Virus record (IMG/VR): IMGVR_UViG_3300031612_000007
Source: an uncultured virus (IMG/VR IMGVR_UViG_3300031612_000007)
Taxonomy: Duplodnaviria; Heunggongvirae; Uroviricota; Caudoviricetes; Schitoviridae
DNA length: 64,000 nucleotides
Strand: one strand, 5' to 3'
Below are positions 20,901 through 27,016 of the stretch, piece by piece (within the stretch, counting starts at the first letter, position 1; every line of letters starts with the position of its first letter). Both the position numbers and the translations under genes were made by a program. A model generated the notes under the pieces. That model searched no databases, was not told where the DNA came from, and saw only the letters and a list, made by a program, of their open reading frames with translations.

Positions 20901-23900
20901 GATTTATACTTTATACCTCCATATGTAAAAGGTCGATTAGCAAGATTACTAAGGATTGCATTCTCCCCTGAACCACTCCATATATTAAAATCTTCTTCTT
21001 TTACTTGTTCTGATTTTTCTTGATCTTGCTCTGCCCTTTCTTGCATGGCAGCTTCTGCTTCGTCTTCTATTTCTGATGATATTTTATGAGCCTCTCCACC
21101 GTCATATTCTTCACGTATACGGTCTCTTAGTAATTGAGCCCCACCATCCACATCCTCTAATTCTGCTTGCGTAAAGTATCCATACTGTTCTAGCTGTGTA
21201 GCTAGATCAGATAAGTCAGTAAACTTTCCATCTTCTTTAAATAATGAACCAATGAATGGGATTCCCTGATTGCCTTTAGTATCACCAGTTATATCAAGCT
21301 TCAAAGTAGTACTGATACCACCCATCTTAATGATAGCTTCATTCATGGTATCGTCTGAAGTAATAACCTTCTTTGATTCAGCTCTTTGTTTAGCAGTAGA
21401 TTTTTTAACCTCTGCCTTTACTTGTTCTGTTTCCTTTGTTTTAACAACTGAGGCTTGGTCATCATCATCTCCGCCCCCTTTAAGGTCATCAAGAGGAATA
21501 TTAGAGAATACGAGATTATACTGGGATTCCATTGCCGTAAGAGCAGCTTTAAGCGCCCGTGCTTCACTCTTAATTGCATCAATTAACTTAAATGAGGTTT
21601 TCCTAATTATTAACCCATTTCTTTTCTTTAACTCTGCAGGACTTAATGTCTCACCTTTGTTTACACTCCAACCTTTATTGGCATCAAGAACTGCTTGTAC
21701 CTCTTCATTTGGTTTAAGTGCTGCATGTATATTAGACAATGCCCAAGCTTTATCAGAATGAGCAGTTGCGAATTTCTTTAAAGCATCTATCTCATTAGCT
21801 GCTTCATTTGCTTTATTAGCTTTTATTGCTTTGTTGAAAACTTGGGTATGTTGAAGAAGTCCTTTATTTCCTTGGTTGCCTTCAAATATATCCTTGGATG
21901 TTAAAACTAAACCTTCAGAAAACTTCTTAAGCTCTCGTGCTTTTGCTACTTTGCGTAGGAAATCCCTCTGTGACTTAGTAAGACCATTACCTTTATTGTT
22001 AGCTATCTTCTTTAGCTTTTCAGTAGGTACTCGGTCAGTATTCTTCATAGCATGTGTTATCACTATGTTAGCAGCCCGTGTAGCCTCTGTATTATCACTT
22101 GGAGTAGCAGCTACCTCCTTAGTATTTGCACTACCAACTATTTTTTCACGTATTCTCTCAGCGAGAGCTTCTGGTTTTTCTTTAGAATCAAGAGTTAATC
22201 CTAGAGCTTCTGCTACTCTCTTCATGGGTGCAGTACTCATTACTGCCCCACCAGCATCATCAAAGCTTTTTATGAAATCTATTGCCGCAGACATTTCTGG
22301 TGTTAGAGTATCTGTACCAGCAGCTTTATCTATTAGCTTGTCCATTACCTTGTTTGGTATTACATACTCGTCTAACTCAACTTTTTCTTTTCTAGCTCTA
22401 ACAAGTATGGCTTTTTTCTCAGCTAGTTCTTTCTCATAAGCTTTTCTCTCCGCCTTTGATAGTTCCCCTTTATCTTTCCTTCGATCAATCTCAGATTGGT
22501 AAGCATCTACAATTGTTTTAAGTTCTGTTATCCTAGACAAATCAGGGGATTCAGCTGATTCAAGTTCTTGTACCTGAAGTGAAGCCTTATTAACTATACC
22601 TTGTAAGGTTTCAGTACTCTCTAATATTCCCTCTAATGCGGTCTCTTTTTTAACTAATGCTTCAATTGCATCATCAGCTGTCTTTAGGTGCTCTTGCTTA
22701 GTTTCTTCTGTTGTATCTTCTCTTTTGGCATTACCATGTAAAGCCCTTATAGCCTCATCAGGGGCATAAGTCTTCTTATTAGCAGGGTCAACCATTGAAT
22801 TTATATCCCCGCTCTCTATGGCTGCAGCACTCCTCTCAGCTAAACCTTTCTCTATAGGATCATCTTTAAATCTAGCTTTCTGCGCAGATAGCTTTGCACC
22901 TTCATGTAAAGCACGACCACTACCAGCTAATCCAAGACCAGCAACTCCACCAATCACACCGCTTGTAAATATATCTTTAGGTGTTGCAGGCTCATCAACA
23001 ATCTTACCTTCTATGTATGTTTGATAGGCTTCAGTAGGAGCTTCAGTAATTAAACCTACTGTGCCTCCCTTAGCGGTTTCTTTAACTGCTTTCGGTATAC
23101 TAGTACGATTAGCAGCATCTCCAGCTGCTTTCGTAACTGCTTTGCCTGCTAGCTTAGTCATACCTAAACTGACTACATCACTACCATGCTCTACAACAGC
23201 AAGCATAAGTGCATTTCCAGCCATCTCTTCTTGTTTTTCTACTGAGGGTAGTTGTCCATTATGTTTTTTCTTATATGCCTCAAGTCCCATCTGATACTGT
23301 TCTATTGCATAGCCAGCATTACTACTCACTAAAGCAATAGTACCTGCTTTTCCAAATACTCCAAGAGCAAGTTGGGGTATATTCTCAACTATATACTCTA
23401 CTGCAGTAGCTTTATTATTAAGTACAGCTGACCCAGCATTAGCTATTAACTTACCTACTCCTGAGGTTAGTTTAGAGAGTCCAGCGATAAACTCCCCTTC
23501 CTTAATCTCATCTACTCCTTCAGTAGCCTCAGAATAGTTTTTCTCAAAGCCTTCACCTATTTCTTTAGTGAAAGCTTCACGCCCAGATTGATCAACAATA
23601 TTTCTTACATTGTGATATTCATTAATTTCTTGGGCTGCAGCACGGTTCGCTTGTGAAGCTTTTATATTCTCTAATGGTGTTTGTAGATTTGGGCTGGGTC
23701 TAGTATTTAAGAGGTTGATATCCTGAGGGGTTGCTTTACCACCTTGGAATCTATTGTATGCAGAGATATGGCTATTATCAACATTTGCATTGTAAATGCT
23801 AGCCGTTACACTATTGGGCAGCTGACGTAAGTGACCAGCAACACGAGATGCTCCAGATACAAGGGATGCGGCAGTATCTACTACATTACCTGCGACACTA

Positions 23901-24061
23901 TTAGGATCTAAATTATATTTTTTTACCCAGGATGTATCTTCTAATTCTTCTAATTTTTTATCGTGAGTGGCAACTATGCCATCTAGCTTTTGAACAAGAG
24001 GATCATTTGCTTCTGCTGCTTTATTGCTAAAATATGTATCATAGTCAAAAGGGTTAGCCAT
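11930..24061 (-). CDS. Virion-encapsidated RNA polymerase (N4 gp50-like) with inserted NADAR-like and AlkB-like domains
   Basis: 4043 aa; motif A TDGVANG (~18060-18075), motif B RKLIKGVFNPLMF (17741-17779), motif C IHDG (~16910), HELMH zincin (~16005). No Cys seen. Sits downstream of the gp51-59 block. Confidence 0.95.
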   Translation of the reverse strand: MANPFDYDTYFSNKAAEANDPLVQKLDGIVATHDKKLEELEDTSWVKKYNLDPNSVAGNVVDTAASLVSGASRVAGHLRQLPNSVTASIYNANVDNSHISAYNRFQGGKATPQDINLLNTRPSPNLQTPLENIKASQANRAAAQEINEYHNVRNIVDQSGREAFTKEIGEGFEKNYSEATEGVDEIKEGEFIAGLSKLTSGVGKLIANAGSAVLNNKATAVEYIVENIPQLALGVFGKAGTIALVSSNAGYAIEQYQMGLEAYKKKHNGQLPSVEKQEEMAGNALMLAVVEHGSDVVSLGMTKLAGKAVTKAAGDAANRTSIPKAVKETAKGGTVGLITEAPTEAYQTYIEGKIVDEPATPKDIFTSGVIGGVAGLGLAGSGRALHEGAKLSAQKARFKDDPIEKGLAERSAAAIESGDINSMVDPANKKTYAPDEAIRALHGNAKREDTTEETKQEHLKTADDAIEALVKKETALEGILESTETLQGIVNKASLQVQELESAESPDLSRITELKTIVDAYQSEIDRRKDKGELSKAERKAYEKELAEKKAILVRARKEKVELDEYVIPNKVMDKLIDKAAGTDTLTPEMSAAIDFIKSFDDAGGAVMSTAPMKRVAEALGLTLDSKEKPEALAERIREKIVGSANTKEVAATPSDNTEATRAANIVITHAMKNTDRVPTEKLKKIANNKGNGLTKSQRDFLRKVAKARELKKFSEGLVLTSKDIFEGNQGNKGLLQHTQVFNKAIKANKANEAANEIDALKKFATAHSDKAWALSNIHAALKPNEEVQAVLDANKGWSVNKGETLSPAELKKRNGLIIRKTSFKLIDAIKSEARALKAALTAMESQYNLVFSNIPLDDLKGGGDDDDQASVVKTKETEQVKAEVKKSTAKQRAESKKVITSDDTMNEAIIKMGGISTTLKLDITGDTKGNQGIPFIGSLFKEDGKFTDLSDLATQLEQYGYFTQAELEDVDGGAQLLRDRIREEYDGGEAHKISSEIEDEAEAAMQERAEQDQEKSEQVKEEDFNIWSGSGENAILSNLANRPFTYGGIKYKSVEHAYQTVKSGKFDQQTYDYKGWGKNNKLRGRLSENRDKNLDIMDTLIRTSLASGEPEAVEALALLKESGNKTITHKGPYGSDIWTTEFPRILDKIRTQERAENPEQIDNKDIIIFPNGLNIIKGFTPISELEKFYKSGAIQQLIKSNKLETQKARDTAWFGPVPYSYSNGTYEHVQKDMPPVLIKIAETLEQELGHKPGYLNSGLMNVIPAGNKIGKHADAESIFLRDDETIGSVVTVSFGGEAKITITRNGGKRESMSFTAESGDIYTMPDGKFQQEYLHAVGPAETERVSLTFRHIPRSVIKKAEQTEAALPVEEIKGLNALNRESKPAITGEDGTESQLREIIAEDFLQTDGIGTDGKTNPLITVKDLYTAYEKKEIEIADFLDSEGLTEKQDQAIKEFFSTSAKWFDNIQENLPKFVPDNLRQNDVMQYFVDTVGEVRDTEENVKLAISLAVIKYIGDHASDNFSLSDERINQILGRDRDTPVSKTARKELGTSGVSRSILLDSLGTTVMQALGLKAKNTTGQHWEARLRATLGQHALKLAEDSGLIVATSITNKSMTTLVQEGLDSKQIEELSKRKSGQPTVAPTTSGEVEVHKRTDVSDDKAAHIFYAITRGVKTKKKYTQQLPSPQAEKIREITSGSEGILNKLFGVEGGNKTPTLSPTKSINTKIKSGVRTITSLIPEVLIDVINKKVETKHNLNVPVVRVLESLIGSNKDIWDNNPILFRVLGAPTITPQNTHVINRPGAEAGNTARILEYDNIVRFANELLIPSKEGLDTPFYYDHTVWKQHRVGIAQADFNPVNSKISRYLSAATSWKETITIGDNPAMTRFALTIAEDLGIRIEERQFDSIWSEVQKRISNQELPYFAAIDAITELLTDGVILTPDQQNDIAVAVEAGGQNVQSLNALVNLASYKAAKDRKAKTGNKNQTFDVQMVSVTDGVANGTMINHILYGAFNNVKDLAKFVIKGGIFSKGDSYANYPAWRSKHGNKDIYEATGAKLKDVLADDTYMDSFRDESYPIIASIEVIAKPLFAGDMRKLIKGVFNPLMFSSSMFRIQEKLGDDFISQYYKGLERISVKYNSYGTNKTKAQRNEHKEELDIYIESVNWLLEKGGAELLNTELSIQTLMETELTDDQVLKLKAEFKEYISAPLIKILREDFAVFIDRQDKINKAAQMASGLYIVIYESERKVEIERLMEKGEIAKTKSGNPASDMNAKQEAAFAKSLKERGIEPIVHTAMSKAEDNLESGLFLGKSFRSTAEYGNSAYTARVRHNRKTVGGANSASVRGFRSYLESVGISTPAWLTHSLDSQTSHLTQLEYDILNIHDGLGGSLSNHDGIVKLVNENFAKSVLAYSPGEELANTLERVVQGVSTMIKAGELSPDTLQALTIFLTNTAEKINRDNKWNSDYIKTSGREVLGQTISGIVESTFKANELKFQLLQNLENVGQYASHTSSFEVPQEFRKKANTKLLELYKAGNKLDSNVSKAEKSIIGELDFGEEQVTETEFGKLGTSNTESNTALVDFFERNKKTTAKKVFQILENTYGKDTGVTNSDFYLKLLTKLKLALPDDLPITYITADTKKEDIRGVPEDLEVRGWTYRDGQKVGVAILGTEFKNSGITHELLVHELMHAALSGFIAKKTNNPHIVALGKLRIQAIEYIEANRKEFSEKELRGFNAATSNLDEFISWGMSNTQFQQKVLIKLTPPENKQESWLSTLRDGLQEFIFEIASAFFGSWTRTDSTAVTGMHELIVHVSGLMEQVIESRDAKDTGDTSGGLTILPMISGTTIDADIEAYTTLDIFNAFPDDGRGAPEFKDHLRELLEGIVDKLHGPFGSFKEALRKDAASNPLEVWLKALDDGKAPFASEILGSGFTGNKQQGFVIQQVEATMRAALDSNMHTVTNESLRTELKRLFKETKDRLTPEDFRGKFGANTLEDATELYDFVFSAKAREDGKSDYLARFAALSLAHEEFNSLLKIPTEARNPDAVSLDFLDRLIALYKSVLDFFHRKLANIEKGQNIDERLTTLVEQLVAVEAQRRYELKLEAKGPNPIIESAEELARAVTEKATEKVIKAAKSPIVRKSGSGIIRGTAALVDTLASGRLEGVLQVLIDKKNSYQDGQLKLGEGIINAIKNPLEAYELLVRGRKRLEGEVVQEIASVGETLRDAFEDKNLPAETKDAITAVLLRSGVHNLAAAGFTLSDIENLIGNTTAIKAEIKKLEDTLDQFGALKAEFIENANALGFSRIGGETKVQEFKHNAYQITRRFGVNRNVDPLNESQLKRADKTIKSLITLYALFYLEGGDTTRKQSAEIKKLMQTENARSVEEGNGIELALGLHKALEDQALIEEFDGNPVKMVHGYVPEIYNYRIKVETATEAEGKELINQRYVKSSLPVPIDPGDPNQEPKYLYTLLDGGMPPYLTSAVGFGSLKSKGTSVYDNYMLPNTVAGQSNLAIHNHIMKHRNRNRIKPSANFNPTKVKENYAAPIYSDKGDIVGMRYLMTTRTRNTLLERDNNYESVLGELAGSIMGKKSTIEQNKVAIKIMREQYELEYITRGKSYLLVGEDSSDPELKAIWDRLPTQTKKDVKEIWDRNGVMIRRDSVDILFGYPKVGMGDMFRRANDERMIRKAKNLPTNLQDLEEITKVEKLVIAVIEGMLRTNHRLRGHTEDEAKDYAKGAAYLVSRGENMWQGVVTEVKDIIVVKSGIVLLGNMTSNISMLYLQGVPMADAVKYTIVAYNSATQHKKDLNELNSLRISLTANYTKGNQNRITQRMTELEDSIKRNPVTPLINAGLMPTIVEDLDMTEDKYSFKSVLTKKVEKQLDKLPDGMVKVLRAAYMTRDSKMYQGLAHLTQMSDFTSRYALYQHQTTRTKNRLSHEEAIRHASRSFVNYDIPLHRWLQYSDDMGLTLFTKYFLYIQSELLRVVKGNPGRALSLLMMQNYLDILPPHIIESSMFAHAGNIPLGSGIFRYPDAVQTIPAMAGALAILK
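20000..20570 (-). other. AlkB-family 2OG-Fe(II) dioxygenase domain within vRNAP, ~aa 1165-1354
   Basis: RDTAWFG..YSYS, IGKHAD (HxD), VSFG, GDIYTM, QQEYLHAV (distal His), RVSLTFR (RxxxxxR). Confidence 0.88.
20604..20989 (-). other. NADAR (YbiA/DUF1768-like) domain within vRNAP, ~aa 1025-1152
   Basis: LSNL...FTYGGIKYKSVEHAYQTVK...IMDTLIR...LLKESGNKTITH...SDIW...ILDKIR follows the NADAR pattern (SNF...Y.SVEH.YQA.K...LL.TG...L.E...D..W...LM..R). Confidence 0.8.
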
Positions 24062-24112
24062 TTATACCTCAGTAGTTCAATTAAATATAGAAGATTCACG
24101 AAATATGGCCTT

Positions 24113-26443
24113 CTATCGAGACGTATTATCTGGATCAAGCCAGCGATAGGTACTACCTTTTAACAGTCCAGCATCTTTAAAGCGATCCATAAGAATTTGT
24201 TGTTCAAATTTGCTTAATACTCTACCTTGTTTACCGGTACCCATTAATTGGTCACGTAATGTTTTTACTAATTCAGTGACCTTTCTTGGTTGAACAATAC
24301 GCTTATTGGAATCTGGTTGCATTTCACCCCTAGGCATAACAACTCTATCTATTGGGTCCCCAGAGAAGATTTCTCTATTAGAATATCCTTTTAGAAGTTT
24401 ATCCTTGCTATCCCTATAATTAGAGCGTCTATCCTTGAGATCATCAATAATTTCTTGATTACGACTACTATTAAGTGGTTTCCAACTCTCAGGAATACTT
24501 ACATCATTAATATCGAAGTCTCGAATACTTTTAGCAGCTGCTCTCCCAATTTCTACTGATTTTCCACCAATTTCTTTTGCAGCCTCAGTAACCGCAGGGT
24601 TTATCCCAACACTACCATCTCCCATTAAGGTATTAAATAGGCGAGGACCGGGCAGCTTTGATATCATCCGTTCTACTTCTGGATTACCATCCCTCATGTA
24701 TGGCACATCTATGCCTGGTGTCATATTCTGAATTAAAGCTTCAATTGGGTTGATTTCGTCTAGTATGTCCTTTTCAAGTAGTAATTGTATACCAGACTTT
24801 GGTGCTCCAGATTTACTGCTATCCTCAATAGCTGATTCAATCTGGTCATAAAAGGTCGTTATACTATTTGAAGCATTACCCTTTCCACCATGCATTTCTA
24901 ACATTTTCTGTCTATCCGCCATTGGCATTGGGTTTCTATCTTTCCAGGCATTAGCTACCGCGTAAAGCGTATCCTCAATAGTTATATTGCCTTCCTTGTA
25001 CGCCTTTTTATAGAAGCGCAAGTCATTAGCTAAAGTGGTTTTAACCCCTTGTGATAGACTACCAATCTGTTTCTGTAGCTTGAAATCTCCACCTTGTTCG
25101 CCACGACTTTCTGCCTTCAGTTGGGCGACTTCTCGATCAAGTGCACTTGTATCTGGTTCATTATCAAGATCGCCTGGGCGTAAGGCATTAAGCCCACCAG
25201 TGTAGACACCTTTGTTTTCTAGTTCGTATTGTGGATAGTCGTCTTTATGCACTAAATCACCTTTTGATGATATAGTAAAATCAGCGGGACCGGCTGGAAC
25301 TCCTGACACAGGTACATCACTACCCCCTCCTAAAGGAGCATTCCCTGCTTCCGGATTAAGTCCAGCTTTATTGAAGTAGTCCGCTACTTCCCCATCAGTA
25401 ATCGACTTGAGACCATCATCTCCTTGTAAATCTTGTAAAGTAGGGCGTTTGGTATTCTTTAGTGCATTCGTATAGTAATCACGGAGTTGATCTCTTCCCT
25501 CCATAAATTCTACGTTTTTGGGACTTTGGTAGAAGAAATCTATTGCAGTACCTAAACCCTTAGCAGCGTCATCAGCAGAACCAAATGTGCCTTCCGGACG
25601 AGCATCATACCATGCGGTGTTCTGATTCTTAACATACCTTGCAGCAATACTAGCAAGGTCTTTTGGACTCATACGTCCATACTTTGCATTTGATGATACT
25701 TTGTTTGCAAGGGCCCTCTTAACGACACTTCTAACTTTATCAGATACGTCTTCAAATCCATCAATTATTTTATAAGCCTCTTCTAGACCACCAGAAGCTT
25801 CTTCTTTTTGGAATGTAGTAAAGTTTTTCGCTATCTTTTCCTGTCGAGTATCTTGGTCATTCTTCAATGCTCGATTCTCTTTTCTTTCCAGCAAGCCAAG
25901 CTTCGTTTGCTCTACATTTGCTGCTGCTTTAGCAGCATTCTTATGAGACTTAGTTGTGGCCAAATCTTTAAGGAACGTACTATCACTAGGTAATGTTGCC
26001 AGTAATGCGTCACCCTCTTCCATCTTGTCTTGTATATATAGAGAGTGAATCTTATTTACAAGCGGCATTTGAGCATGATCTTTTGTTGCCTGTGCATATG
26101 TCCTTTCTTGGGATATTGTATTTAATCTATTTAAGTTCTCAGCATTAAGTGTTCGTAATCGTGCATCAGCACCACCAACTGAAGCTATTCTTCCGGCTTG
26201 TCCCATCCCTTCTTTTAAAGACGCTAATTCTGGACGCATGGCTTCTAGTTCTTCGGGTGATCTCGCAGAATTTAAAAGTTCTTTGAATGCTAGAACATCT
26301 CCAGCATTTTTATTTTCTGCATATTTAGTGAATGTGTCAGATATTTGATCAGCACCTGCACTCATGCCACTAAGGGCTGAACGCATTCCTTGAAATGCCC
26401 TACCACTACCCATACCAGATACATTATTCCAATTAATAGCCAT
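24113..26443 (-). CDS. Internal virion / ejection protein (N4 gp51-like)
   Basis: 776 aa, MAINWNNV start, directly upstream of vRNAP, no Cys seen. Confidence 0.65.
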   Translation of the reverse strand: MAINWNNVSGMGSGRAFQGMRSALSGMSAGADQISDTFTKYAENKNAGDVLAFKELLNSARSPEELEAMRPELASLKEGMGQAGRIASVGGADARLRTLNAENLNRLNTISQERTYAQATKDHAQMPLVNKIHSLYIQDKMEEGDALLATLPSDSTFLKDLATTKSHKNAAKAAANVEQTKLGLLERKENRALKNDQDTRQEKIAKNFTTFQKEEASGGLEEAYKIIDGFEDVSDKVRSVVKRALANKVSSNAKYGRMSPKDLASIAARYVKNQNTAWYDARPEGTFGSADDAAKGLGTAIDFFYQSPKNVEFMEGRDQLRDYYTNALKNTKRPTLQDLQGDDGLKSITDGEVADYFNKAGLNPEAGNAPLGGGSDVPVSGVPAGPADFTISSKGDLVHKDDYPQYELENKGVYTGGLNALRPGDLDNEPDTSALDREVAQLKAESRGEQGGDFKLQKQIGSLSQGVKTTLANDLRFYKKAYKEGNITIEDTLYAVANAWKDRNPMPMADRQKMLEMHGGKGNASNSITTFYDQIESAIEDSSKSGAPKSGIQLLLEKDILDEINPIEALIQNMTPGIDVPYMRDGNPEVERMISKLPGPRLFNTLMGDGSVGINPAVTEAAKEIGGKSVEIGRAAAKSIRDFDINDVSIPESWKPLNSSRNQEIIDDLKDRRSNYRDSKDKLLKGYSNREIFSGDPIDRVVMPRGEMQPDSNKRIVQPRKVTELVKTLRDQLMGTGKQGRVLSKFEQQILMDRFKDAGLLKGSTYRWLDPDNTSR

Positions 26444-26997
26444 TACGCTGCTACCTGATTTTGTTGCATGTAATCTCCTACTGATTGGTATGCCCCTGGA
26501 TTAGAAGCAACCCGTGCACTCTGTCTATCCCTTAGACTAGCATTAGTAGTTTGCCTTTGTGCTGCATAATTCTTATTAAATGAATTTCGAGCGAATTTAA
26601 GTTGTTTTTTAGCCTGTCCATATTGCTTAAAGCCTAAACCTAGCTTGCCAAGTCCGAGGAGCATATCTGCGCCCATCCCAAGACCTTCTGGAGTTACTTT
26701 ACCAAACATATCTCCCATACCACCCCAGAGACCACCCCCTCCACCTAGTCCAACCCCACCAGCACTAAAGCCTCCTTGGATACCGGTATTGGAAAATTGT
26801 GACCCCTGAAGGCCGGTTGAACCACCCCACAAGTTTGAACCCGAGCCAGGAAGAGCTCCTTGAGTATTATATGCACCAAGGGCTGGACCATACGCTGCTC
26901 CTACTGGCCTTTGGAGATTTAAGTGTGGTGAAGCATATAGTTGATTTCCAGCATTATTAAAGGTATCAACTTGTTGCGAATATGGTGAACTTGCCAT
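26443..26997 (-). CDS. Virion ejection protein (N4 gp52-like)
   Basis: Gly-rich; C-terminal FNKNYAAQRQTTNASLRDRQSARVASNPGAYQSV signature. Confidence 0.8.
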   Translation of the reverse strand: MASSPYSQQVDTFNNAGNQLYASPHLNLQRPVGAAYGPALGAYNTQGALPGSGSNLWGGSTGLQGSQFSNTGIQGGFSAGGVGLGGGGGLWGGMGDMFGKVTPEGLGMGADMLLGLGKLGLGFKQYGQAKKQLKFARNSFNKNYAAQRQTTNASLRDRQSARVASNPGAYQSVGDYMQQNQVAA

Positions 26998-27016
26998 CCT
27001 GTAATACTCCTATAAT

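Noticed and set aside
20000..21355. vRNAP insertion as an intein
   Set aside because: No Cys/Ser...His-Asn splice motifs or LAGLIDADG seen; the content matches NADAR and AlkB.
12675..23294. Many plus-strand ORFs opposite vRNAP
   Set aside because: Antisense shadows of a long coding frame; no recognisable domains.
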